From positions 3,872,001 to 3,936,000 of the forward strand of contig OY820905.2 in assembly GCA_963555755.3 (NCBI GenBank): a stretch of 64,000 nt of DNA. Reading direction: 5' to 3'. The position numbers and the translations under genes are program-made. This document shows, piece after piece, positions 21,130 to 29,973 of the stretch. The stretch's first letter is position 1. Every line of letters starts with the position of its first letter. A model generated the notes under the pieces. The model saw only the letters and a program-made list of their open reading frames with translations, searched no databases and was not told where the DNA came from. Source of the DNA: Nitrospirales bacterium. GTDB lineage: Bacteria > Nitrospirota > Nitrospiria > Nitrospirales > UBA8639.

Positions 21130-22209
21130 TCAATCCTCCGTATGCGCACTGGGATGTATTTGCCATAAACTCCAATCAATGGCTTCACGGAGGTCTTGCA
21201 TGCGTGGATCCCTGGATCGAGATGTCCAGGCTTTCACTCCAAGTTGTTGGAGCGGATTCACCGATTGGTGGTCTGGAATTTTTCCGACGGCTTTCACGAT
21301 TTCCGTTTGAACCTGAAGATCGATTGTTGGCGAATCCATCATGGCCAACAGGGGCGGGAGGATGGTCATGTCGCCGCTATGGGCTCCGATCTCTCCTAAA
21401 GCCTGTGCCGCCGAGGCTTTGATTTCTGTGGAATCAGATTTCTTCAGGAGATCCAAAAGAAAGGGGGTGGCTGCCGTACCCATAAAACCCATGGCTCGAG
21501 TGGCATGGGGTGCAAGGTCCTGGTCGGACATGATGGTGTGTAGGGCCTGGAGCATCGTGGGGCTTGCCACTTTTTTGGCGAGTCGAAGAATGATTCGTTT
21601 GGTCGCCGGGCGGGTATTCTTTGACGTCAGGATTGCAGCCAGGCGTTTGGCTTGTTTCCACTCGGCCAGAAGTTCTAGGGGGAAATTGTGTTTTCGCAGG
21701 ACTTCACGGAGTTGACCCAAAGCATACAACCCGGAGTCCTTGTGCCCCTGAGTTTTGGCTGCTTGCCAGGCATCTTCAAATGGTGTGCGAACCTCTTGCC
21801 GCCAGGGGCCGATCTGACCATCAATACTGTACCTCAGTTGACAGGCAGGACCTTTCCACAGTCGGGAAGGAGCGCCCGGTTGATCGGCATCCCCGCCAAT
21901 GGTTGTCATGGCGACCGACGATCGGCGTTCCTCACATTTCACCTTGAGCACGACATCATGGGGTTTCGTGGCCCTCTCGACGACGGTCAGCCCAATAGTG
22001 TGGAGGCGGTCTGATATCACGCGTTGAATCGCATCGGAGTCAGTGGGACCCTTTTCTGTTAAGGCTAATGCCTGGATTCGAATATCTTGTGCGGTTCGCA
22101 GGTGTTCTCTCTGGTCGGGCGTGAGTGCATTTTGGCGGGCCAAGCTTTCAATGGGGGCAACTGTGGAAAACAAGGTGAACAGTAAAAGACAGGATAACGC
22201 CATTCTCAT
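21130..22209 (-). CDS. Exported HEAT-repeat protein
   Basis: Signal peptide MRMALSCLLLF from ATG 22209; helical repeats AAQALGEIG, IVKAVGKI. Confidence 0.75.
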   Translation of the reverse strand: MRMALSCLLLFTLFSTVAPIESLARQNALTPDQREHLRTAQDIRIQALALTEKGPTDSDAIQRVISDRLHTIGLTVVERATKPHDVVLKVKCEERRSSVAMTTIGGDADQPGAPSRLWKGPACQLRYSIDGQIGPWRQEVRTPFEDAWQAAKTQGHKDSGLYALGQLREVLRKHNFPLELLAEWKQAKRLAAILTSKNTRPATKRIILRLAKKVASPTMLQALHTIMSDQDLAPHATRAMGFMGTAATPFLLDLLKKSDSTEIKASAAQALGEIGAHSGDMTILPPLLAMMDSPTIDLQVQTEIVKAVGKIPDHQSVNPLQQLGVKAWTSRSRDPRMQDLREAIDWSLWQIHPSAHTED

Positions 22210-22432
22210 ATTTGATGTACTCCCTTTGGATAATAGCCAACATGGATTTCCTTTGAAGGAATGCTGCACTGGCGTCAATGTACCATAGGTGAGGCGTTGT
22301 CCGCACTTCATGAAACATGTGGGACCTTGTGTGGTTTGGCGCAGGATATGATCTGATTCGGCAGGGGTCAAGTGCCTACAGGAAAGCGCCGAAACAGGGA
22401 AGGACACAGAAACATTGTTCTCCAGAGGTTTG

Positions 22433-22807
22433 ATGGTCATGGTGATTTCTGAACAACAGGTGAATAGCGAAGTGATTATTGAGAAGATGGTCGGGCGGTT
22501 TGACCAGACTGCCTGCCAGGAATGAAAGTGGCGGATCGATCTGGCGATCAACGCCGGGTATTGCCATATTATATTGGATGTCACTGATATGACGTGTATT
22601 GATAGTGCGGCCTTGGGGTGGCTGGTGATCACGCAGCGAGAGTTTGGCCGGGTTCGTGGAAAGATGAGTCTGGTTGTCCGAGATGGGTTTGTCCGGGACA
22701 TACTTAACATAACGGAGATTGGCGAATGGTTGCCCGTGTTTCGAAGTCAAGAAGAAGCGGTCGCTGATTCACAGAATATGTCTGCCGAGGAGGTCAAATC
22801 TGAGTGA
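22433..22807 (+). pseudogene. STAS / anti-sigma-factor antagonist with an in-frame TGA at 22523-22525
   Basis: GRFD...IILDVTDMTCIDSAALGWL STAS signature runs in one frame across a single stop. Confidence 0.75.
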
Positions 22808-23187
22808 TGAAAAACAATGAACGACGAAAAGCCTCGCGAGTTTCTATTCTTTCAGGAATGCGTCTACCCGCAGAAATTCGAGCCAGCCAGAATCAGTCCT
22901 TATCAGCCACACTCCTCAACCTCAGCCGGCATGGTGCCCTTCTCGAATTGGATCGCCGTCAATCTTCACATCTTCGTGTTGATGAACGGGTCTCAGTGAA
23001 ACTTCGTTTTTCGCAAGATGTCGTGTGGTTGGCAGGGATTGTTCGTCATTGTTATGCCTCAAGACTTGGAGTGTTTTTCCCGGCGGGAGTCGGAACGGTG
23101 TTGAGTAAATCCAATCTTTCTCCTCGGAAAACTATTCAGCGTGTGAAGCACCATCGTGCACCGCAGGCCGTGCTTCAGTTGTTGTAG
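22804..23187 (+). CDS. PilZ-domain protein
   Basis: RxxxR (ERRKASR) and NxSxxG (NLSRHGA) c-di-GMP-binding motifs. Confidence 0.8.
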   Translation: MMKNNERRKASRVSILSGMRLPAEIRASQNQSLSATLLNLSRHGALLELDRRQSSHLRVDERVSVKLRFSQDVVWLAGIVRHCYASRLGVFFPAGVGTVLSKSNLSPRKTIQRVKHHRAPQAVLQLL

Positions 23188-23347
23188 ACCGACAGCGATA
23201 CATGACGGTCGATCCCCAAATCTGATTTCTCTTGCCTCTCTTCTCCTAAAGTGGTTTTATCAACCGTCCCTACCTTGAAATCTCGTGGCTCCCTCACGGT
23301 CTTTCGGTGTGAACCGTTGCTCTATAGTCCTTCCAAATAATTTTCAT

Positions 23348-23459
23348 AAACTCGAAAAAGGAATTTCGAATTTCGAAATAAATCAAAAATTCAAAATTCG
23401 AATTTTTCAATTTGGTTATTCTCATGTGTTTCGGATTTCGATATTCGAGTTTCGGACTT
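23348..23459. repeat. Family E heptamer-periodic palindrome
   Basis: aaactcgaa..tttcgaaat arm facing tttcggatttcgatattcgagtttcgga; lies between convergent genes. Confidence 0.7.
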
Positions 23460-23540
23460 ACCTCATAGTTCTTCCCTCATCAGCAGAGAGAACGGAAGTG
23501 AGTTGAAAGAGGTCTAGTTTTGGTGTGGGAGGAAGGGGTT

Positions 23541-24080
23541 TTACAACCGAATACGTCGATTTAAAGGGCGGCGCGAGCGACTTGGCTGTGATGACCGGGT
23601 TGGCGCTGGACTGGTGGTTGATAACGCGCAATCGAGTCTGGGCGACTCTCGATCCAAGGATTTATACAAGTGAATTTCGACGATGCGATTGTCATTGATT
23701 CCCATGGCTTCGCACAACGCATCTTGGGCAATTTTTAGTCCGCCATCGAGGTCCCGCCTCAGCAATGTTGGAAAATAAAAGTGAATCGAGAGCGCAAGAT
23801 AGTGGGATTGAGCCGCATTCAGAAAGGTGGCACGGTTGGGTGATTGCGCCAACGCTCCCAGTAAAATTTGAGCGATAGCGGCCTTGTACCGTCGTCCGGT
23901 TGAAGACAGAACACGTCGTCCATTGACTGTCGCATATTGGCTGTTAATGCTGGGAGGCAGAGGTAGCTCGAAGGCAAATCGTGTGGGGGTGAGAGTCACC
24001 AATGGGGTTGTCGATCGAAGATCAACGGGACTTTTCGGGTTCTGGCGTTTTTTCTGTAACGAGAGTCGGGGTGCCGCCAC
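23541..24080 (-). CDS. rusA: RusA-family Holliday junction resolvase-like protein
   Basis: LPLPPSINSQY, RRDLDGGLKIAQDAL, INDNRI; upstream ORF extension is MITE F sequence, so GTG 24080 is the suggested start. Confidence 0.8.
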   Translation of the reverse strand: MAAPRLSLQKKRQNPKSPVDLRSTTPLVTLTPTRFAFELPLPPSINSQYATVNGRRVLSSTGRRYKAAIAQILLGALAQSPNRATFLNAAQSHYLALSIHFYFPTLLRRDLDGGLKIAQDALCEAMGINDNRIVEIHLYKSLDRESPRLDCALSTTSPAPTRSSQPSRSRRPLNRRIRL

Positions 24081-24100
24081 AGGCTTTTGGGGTTGGCTAG

Positions 24101-24260
24101 GAGCCTGTCCGAGATTAGACGCATCTACTGCGGATGTGCTGGATTTGGCCAGATCTTCCGATCCTTTTCGTTGAATAGTCCCACTATTCGCCTCAAACGA
24201 TCGAAACATCTGACTCAAACCAGCACATCCTCGCGACGATCGCTAATCTCGGACAGGCTC
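24101..24260. mobile_element. MITE family F copy at the mraZ stop codon
   Basis: Perfect TIR gagcctgtccgagattag; CTAG duplicated at 24097-24100 and 24261-24264. Confidence 0.92.
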
Positions 24261-24701
24261 CTAGAGAAGGTCCAGCATTTTTCCGAGATTGTTCTCGAAT
24301 TGCTCATCGTGTTGAATGAGATAGCATCGCCATTCCGAAGGATTCCAGATCTCCAACCGGTGATACATCCCAACTAAGACAATCTCTAAGTCGTCTTCTA
24401 TGGGGATGGTTTTTCGGAGTTTGCCGGGAATGAGAATACGCCCGGTTTTGTCGATATCCGAGGAGGCGGCTTCGGATACCACGAAGTGCATGAACAAGCG
24501 GCTTTGATCTTCATCAAAGGTGTTTTTTGCACGTGTGAGGACGGATTCCCATTCTTTCACGGAGTAGGCTGAGAGGGGCTGGTCTTGTCCCTTGACGAAA
24601 ATGACTCGCTCGCCATCTGCTTCCAGTTGCTCCCGAAGCGGGCTTGGAAGAATGAATCGACCCTTCTCATCTAATTTACAATGGTATTGTCCAGCGAACA
24701 T
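24261..24701 (-). CDS. mraZ: MraZ-family transcriptional regulator
   Basis: MFAGQYHCKLDEKGRFILP, DKTGRILIP, RLEIWNP. Confidence 0.9.
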   Translation of the reverse strand: MFAGQYHCKLDEKGRFILPSPLREQLEADGERVIFVKGQDQPLSAYSVKEWESVLTRAKNTFDEDQSRLFMHFVVSEAASSDIDKTGRILIPGKLRKTIPIEDDLEIVLVGMYHRLEIWNPSEWRCYLIQHDEQFENNLGKMLDLL

Positions 24702-24888
24702 CGTTCAATATTTCTCGACTGGTTGAGTGTGATTCCCAATAAATACTTAGTGGAAGGTTAGGAAAATTACCTAGTAATGTCAAGTAATACTTTTAATTTC
24801 ATATTTCAACTTCTTCAAAGGGCCTGTTGAGTATTTCACGCCCGAGGCCCATACATGGTCGAGAGGGGCAGGCCATCATCGAGTTGGA

Positions 24889-25034
24889 GGGAATGTTCAA
24901 AAAAGCATGCCCTGAGTCTTTCCGCAGGGTCCGTCCAGCAAGGCCGCAGCCCTTTTGACGCGCGGAGCGTACTCTCAGTACGTGAGCACGGCAAAAGGGC
25001 GAGAACGCCGCTGGCGGCTTTTTTCAACATTCCC
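24889..25034. mobile_element. MITE family C copy abutting the comF stop codon
   Basis: Near-identical to 3996-4141. Confidence 0.88.
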
Positions 25035-25772
25035 TCAAACCATTCGAGCGAGGGTTTGGACGTACACCGCTTCTGCGCCGGCTTTTCGCAGCGTTTTTGC
25101 GCATTCATTGATGGTCGTTCCGGTGGTAAAGACATCATCCACAAGTAAGATCTTTTTGCCAGAAACCACATCGGGATGGGTGACGGCAAAGGACTTCCGC
25201 AGGTTTTTGAGCCTGGCCGATCGTTTCAAAGTAGTTTGAGGGACGGTGTGTTGAGTGCGAACCAAGACATTCCACATGACGGGCATTCCAAGGTGCTGGC
25301 TCAGACGTTCAGCCAACAGTAGCGATTGATTATATTCCCGTTCTCTCAGTCGCGTGGGGTGAAGGGGCACGGCCATGATTCCGTCAAGATCACGGGGTAA
25401 GTCCCAAGCCGAAGCCATGAGCTGGGCCAGTGGTTGCGCCAATCGTACTTTCCCGTGATATTTGAATTGGCTGATGGCATCTTTGAGTACCCCCTGGTAC
25501 GCGTAGGGTGTGCAGGCTTTGGTGTACGCTGGCGGTCGTTGCCGACATCGCCCACAGAGGTGCTGCGGACTGTGCGTGAGCGTTGAAGACGAGGAAAACG
25601 GAATATGGCATCGAGGGCATTTTGGCTCGGGCAGAACGCAAATGGTTTTCCAACACGACGGACAAATGTAGGGAATGGCATTATCGAACAACGCTTCTTT
25701 GCAACTAATACAGTCCATCGGCAGAAGCGTATGAAGAACGCGATGAAGTATGTGAGAGGGAGTCAACATCAT
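25035..25772 (-). CDS. comF: ComF family (zinc ribbons + PRTase domain)
   Basis: CxxC pairs; VPLH..RLREREYNQS; LLVDDVFTTGTT. Confidence 0.92.
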   Translation of the reverse strand: MMLTPSHILHRVLHTLLPMDCISCKEALFDNAIPYICPSCWKTICVLPEPKCPRCHIPFSSSSTLTHSPQHLCGRCRQRPPAYTKACTPYAYQGVLKDAISQFKYHGKVRLAQPLAQLMASAWDLPRDLDGIMAVPLHPTRLREREYNQSLLLAERLSQHLGMPVMWNVLVRTQHTVPQTTLKRSARLKNLRKSFAVTHPDVVSGKKILLVDDVFTTGTTINECAKTLRKAGAEAVYVQTLARMV

Positions 25773-25950
25773 AGGGGTTCTAACCTCTGCCTGAATGGGA
25801 CATCACTTTAGAAAAAGCTCTGAATAGCGTCAAGCGAGGATGTTGGGACCGTTGAATAATTCAAAAACTATCCTAATTCGTCACTACCTTTCCACCATCC
25901 TTCTGTGGCAGAAGGAATCGGGGCTGTTGGAAATTTGGATCATGTGATAC

Positions 25951-26458
25951 GGGTTCGCATAAGAATAACTTTCCCTGTTTGGGTGTTGAGGTACCTGTCT
26001 GGCAAGGCGCGAGGGCTGCGCATACTCCTGGGTATGGAAGGGCCTGTGAAACAATAACTTGGACAAAATCGCGCCCAGATTTTGGTCGGATTTGGACGTA
26101 CTGATTGAGAAAACACCGAGGCATAGCATGCCGATGTTGAAGTGTTTTCGATTGAGGCGCGTTCAACCCAGAAACGGCAGTTGGGCGCAAAAAAGAGGCG
26201 CAAGATATTGGTGTGCATGGTGAAATAAAAAAAGTCGTGGTCACCTTGGTGGTGATGAGACATTTTTTTATTTTGCCAGGTGCGCCAAGAGCTTGCGTGG
26301 ACTTTTGTGATCCAATTGCTGTTTCTAGGTTTCAAGATGGCCCGAAGATGGGATGCGAGATGTTCAAGTTATTGTTTCACAGGCCCTAAGGGACGAGCAA
26401 CGCCGCCAGACAGGATGGATCGACGCCCAAACAGGGGGAGCTATTTTTGCGTGAGCCC
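25951..26458. mobile_element. Triple-nested MITE: A (25951-26039, 26390-26458) containing G (26040-26386) containing B (26166-26330)
   Basis: The A halves rejoin to match 46551-46707; G+B is the inverted equivalent of 63197-63543. Confidence 0.85.
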
Positions 26459-26526
26459 TGAGTGTGTGGTATAGGAACGGGGAGTGCGTGCCAGCCATTG
26501 TCCCAGGGTCAGGAGTGAGAAGAATC

Positions 26527-27240
26527 GTGGTACGGTTAGAGCATGTCTACAAGGAATATCGTCGTGGTGCCGTGGTGATTCATGCCCTCAACGATGCGAC
26601 GGTCCACATTGCCGACGGAGAGTTCTGTGCGGTGATGGGGCCTAGTGGGAGCGGAAAGAGTACGCTCTTGAATGTCATTGCTGGGTTGGACTCTATTTCG
26701 TCCGGTGAGATTTTTCTGGATAACCAACCATCGAGCGGGTTTTCGGACGCAGAGTGGACTCGACGGCGACGGGAGTGGATTGGGATGGTCTTTCAGTCCT
26801 TTCACTTGGTGCCAGGCATGACCGCTGCGGAGAATGTGGGGTTGCCCTTGCAGTTCAATGGGCAATCCTCGAGGGTCATTCGTCAACGAGTGGCTGAGGT
26901 GTTGGAAATGGTAGGGCTCGAGGATCGGCGCACTCATCGACCCAGCGAGCTATCGGGTGGCGAACAACAACGCGTGGCCATTGCCCGGGCCGTGGTCCAT
27001 CAACCGCGGGTTCTCTTGGCCGATGAACCAACGGGAAATCTCGACTCTCATCAGGGTGCCGAGATCGTGGAATTGCTGCATCGAATAGCCAAACGTGCCG
27101 GTCAAACGGTCATTCTTGTAACACATTCCGAAACCGCGGCTCGCGTGGCTGACCGAATCTATGCGTTACAGGATGGGCAACTGAAGCCACGTGGGTTCCC
27201 GAAACCGGCAGCCCCGGCCATGTCAGTGACTATTGAATAG
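26527..27240 (+). CDS. ABC transporter ATP-binding protein (LolD/MacB-like)
   Basis: GPSGSGKST, LSGGEQQRVAIARA, LLADEPTGNLD. Confidence 0.93.
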   Translation: MVRLEHVYKEYRRGAVVIHALNDATVHIADGEFCAVMGPSGSGKSTLLNVIAGLDSISSGEIFLDNQPSSGFSDAEWTRRRREWIGMVFQSFHLVPGMTAAENVGLPLQFNGQSSRVIRQRVAEVLEMVGLEDRRTHRPSELSGGEQQRVAIARAVVHQPRVLLADEPTGNLDSHQGAEIVELLHRIAKRAGQTVILVTHSETAARVADRIYALQDGQLKPRGFPKPAAPAMSVTIE

Positions 27241-27299
27241 TTTATAAATCTCCATGGCTAGGCCTATGTAATGAATTCCATAAATTCTCAAGCGCGAGA

Positions 27300-27420
27300 G
27301 GGGGTGTTCAAAAAGGCTGTCCAGCAAGGCCGCAGGCCCTTTGGCGCGCGGAGCGTACACGGAGTACGTGCGCACGACAAAGGGCCGAGAACGCCGCTGG
27401 CGGACTTTTTCAACACCCCC
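27300..27420. mobile_element. MITE family C short variant
   Basis: gggggtgttcaaaaa / tttttcaacaccccc with the family C core. Confidence 0.82.
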
Positions 27421-27437
27421 TCAGGTAGGGAGACCGC

Positions 27438-28364
27438 ATGAACCTTTCGACGAGGATCGCAGGGGTGACCTTCCCGACCTGTTTCATGAATGCGGCTGGA
27501 GCATGTTGCGTGACACAAGAAGAGTTGGAAGCGCTCGGTGAGTCCCATGCCGGCGCGATTGTCACAAAATCCATGACCCCTCAACCGCGGGAAGGCAATC
27601 CTGGTCCGCGGTATCACAGCTTTCCTGGTGGGTCGATCAACTCGATGGGGCTGCCGAACTTGGGCTATCCTGCTTACGCCAAGTTGATCCCGGAACTTCG
27701 GCGGTTTGGGAAACCTATCGTAGCCAGTATCGCGGGCTTGAATCCTCAAGATTTTCTTGAGGCTGCCAAAGCCATAGAACTTGCCAAACCAGACCTCGTT
27801 GAGGTCAATCTCTCCTGCCCCAATATTCTGGGAAAACCGCAAATTGGATACGATATCAAGGTGTCGAGACAGCTGCTACTCGAACTCCAAGAATGCCTCA
27901 CCATTCCCATGGGTGTGAAACTACCACCGTATTTTGACCCCGTTCATCATGAGGCCATGGCTGGTATGCTGGAAGGCGTCAATGTGTCGTTTTTGTCACT
28001 GATTAATTCGGTGGGCAATGGGCTAGTGATCGATCCGGAATCGGAAACTGTGGTGATTAAACCCAAAGGTGGGTTTGGCGGGATTGGCGGAACGATCATT
28101 AAACCGGTGGCGTTGGCCAATGTGCGGGCGTTTTGGAAGTTGTTTCAGGGACGCATGCCAATTATTGGCGTAGGAGGGGTCGTGACGGGAACGGACGCGT
28201 TCGAACATCTGCTCTGCGGGGCGTCGGCTGTTCAGGTGGGCACGACCTTGGTCGAGGAAGGTCTGACTGCATTCGAGCGCCTTGAAAAAGAGTTGTCCGA
28301 GGTCCTAACCAAGAAAGGCTATGCCTCGGTTGATGATTGCCGAGGGTGCCTCAAGGAATTGTGA
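27438..28364 (+). CDS. pyrD: Dihydroorotate dehydrogenase, class 1A-like
   Basis: SINSMGLPNLG, NLSCPN, VKLPPYFD, KPKGGFGGIGG. Confidence 0.92.
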   Translation: MNLSTRIAGVTFPTCFMNAAGACCVTQEELEALGESHAGAIVTKSMTPQPREGNPGPRYHSFPGGSINSMGLPNLGYPAYAKLIPELRRFGKPIVASIAGLNPQDFLEAAKAIELAKPDLVEVNLSCPNILGKPQIGYDIKVSRQLLLELQECLTIPMGVKLPPYFDPVHHEAMAGMLEGVNVSFLSLINSVGNGLVIDPESETVVIKPKGGFGGIGGTIIKPVALANVRAFWKLFQGRMPIIGVGGVVTGTDAFEHLLCGASAVQVGTTLVEEGLTAFERLEKELSEVLTKKGYASVDDCRGCLKEL

Positions 28365-28411
28365 ACTGTTCCAGCGTGGACCGTAAACGGACGTGCAGCG
28401 AAAGGGACCGG

Positions 28412-28693
28412 TTATTTGTTAGGAGCGGAATTTTTTGGAATGAGGCGTAAGAGGAGGCCTTGTCGAAGGAGTTGGGCGACGTTTCGCACCCGCAGACGAC
28501 GCATTAAATTGAAGCGATGCACTTCAACTGTCCGCACACTAATATCTAACTGTGCCCCGATTTCTCGATTGGTATGCCCGAGGGCCACCAATTTGAGAAT
28601 TTCTTTTTGACGAGTCGTTAACGAAAACGCCTCGTCCTTCTTTTCGCGAGCAGTATCCTTCAGATCCTGGGTCTTCGATTTTGCTTTAGCCAT
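28412..28693 (-). CDS. Stand-alone LuxR-type HTH regulator
   Basis: LTTRQKEILKLVALGHTNREIG..ISVRTVEVHRFNLMRRL. Confidence 0.88.
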   Translation of the reverse strand: MAKAKSKTQDLKDTAREKKDEAFSLTTRQKEILKLVALGHTNREIGAQLDISVRTVEVHRFNLMRRLRVRNVAQLLRQGLLLRLIPKNSAPNK

Positions 28694-28774
28694 GGAATGA
28701 TGCCTGTATGAATGAATACCCAATCGGGAGACACTTATTTACCAAAATTAGGCCTCCCCATACAACCCTCCCTA

Positions 28775-29963
28775 GTGTAGTGTCCTAAACAGGTAGTGCA
28801 TTAAGTGCGGCCTTCGCCCGGCGGACCTTTTTAAGAATTGTTTCCGCCGATTTCGTCCACACAAACGGTTTTGGGGCCGTATTGTTCTGGGCAATATGGT
28901 CACCAATCGCCGCTTCCAATTCTTCCACGGACCGAAACACTCCGCGCCGGATCTGCTTGGCCGTGATGTTGGCGAAGAACCGTTCTACCAAATTCAGCCA
29001 CGACGAACTGGTCGGGATAAAGTGGAAATGGACCCGCGGGTGCTTGGCAAGCCACGCCTGGACCTTCGCATGTTTATGCGTGGCATAATTATCCATGATA
29101 ATGTGCAAGTCGACCGTCTTGTCCACGGTTCGATCAATCAGGGACAGAAACTTGAGAAATTCCTGATGCCGGTGTCGCGGCATACATTTGCCCAGAATCT
29201 GTCCGCTCAAGACATCCAGCGCCGCAAAGAGGGTACTCGTGCCATGGCGCTTATAATCGTGAGTCATCGTTCCACAGCGGCCCTTCTTCATCGGCAGGCC
29301 TGGCTGCGTACGATCCAAGGCCTGAATCGAACTCTTCTCGTCGACACACAGCACCACGGCTTTTTCGGGGGGATTCAAATAGAGCCCCACGACGTCGTGT
29401 AATTTCTCCTCAAACCGGGGGTCATTGCTGATTTTAAAGTGTTTCACCAGATGGGGCTTCAAGCCATGGGCTTTCCAGACGCGCTGGACGAAACTATGCT
29501 GACAGCCCACAGCCTGTGCCATGGATCGGGTGGACCAGTGGGTCGCGCCCTTGGGTTTGTCCTGGGTGGTGCGGCGAAGAATCTTCTGCCTCAGCCGCGT
29601 CTGGTCTTCCGTCTTCTTGCCGCCGTGGTTGGCTCCGCGCGGCGCATCTTTGAGGATGCCAGGGTATCCTTGCGCTGCATACCGATTGCGCCATCGCCCC
29701 ACTTTATGCGGATCAATCCCCAGCACCAGACTAATCTCTTTGTTGGTATTCCCGGCTGCGGCAAGCAGAACAATCTTTGAGCGCTCCACCAATCGGACCG
29801 CACTGCGGCGACTTCGGGTATGCCGTTGTAACTGCTGACGGTCCCCAGCTCTTAAGGTGATCGGCACGGCTTGACGCATACTCCCCTCCTCAACACGAGC
29901 ATGAATAATATCGTGATGCTAGCAGAATGCGATATAATATACAATCTATTTAGGACACTACAC
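28775..29963 (-). mobile_element. IS630-family insertion sequence
   Basis: TIR gtgtagtgtcctaaa / tttaggacactacac, flanked by duplicated TA. Confidence 0.93.
28785..29879 (-). CDS. IS630-family transposase
   Basis: VLCVDEKS, HDYKRHGT, MDNYATHK, SSWLNLVERFF. Confidence 0.96.
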   Translation of the reverse strand: MRQAVPITLRAGDRQQLQRHTRSRRSAVRLVERSKIVLLAAAGNTNKEISLVLGIDPHKVGRWRNRYAAQGYPGILKDAPRGANHGGKKTEDQTRLRQKILRRTTQDKPKGATHWSTRSMAQAVGCQHSFVQRVWKAHGLKPHLVKHFKISNDPRFEEKLHDVVGLYLNPPEKAVVLCVDEKSSIQALDRTQPGLPMKKGRCGTMTHDYKRHGTSTLFAALDVLSGQILGKCMPRHRHQEFLKFLSLIDRTVDKTVDLHIIMDNYATHKHAKVQAWLAKHPRVHFHFIPTSSSWLNLVERFFANITAKQIRRGVFRSVEELEAAIGDHIAQNNTAPKPFVWTKSAETILKKVRRAKAALNALPV

Positions 29964-29973
29964 TAGTTGACGC

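Noticed and set aside
22523..22525. Selenocysteine or read-through at the STAS TGA
   Set aside because: No evident SECIS hairpin or redox motif; a point mutation or error is simpler.
22210..22710. N-terminal extension of the 526-aa ORF 21130-22710
   Set aside because: It overlaps the STAS gene on the opposite strand, and a signal peptide starts at ATG 22209.
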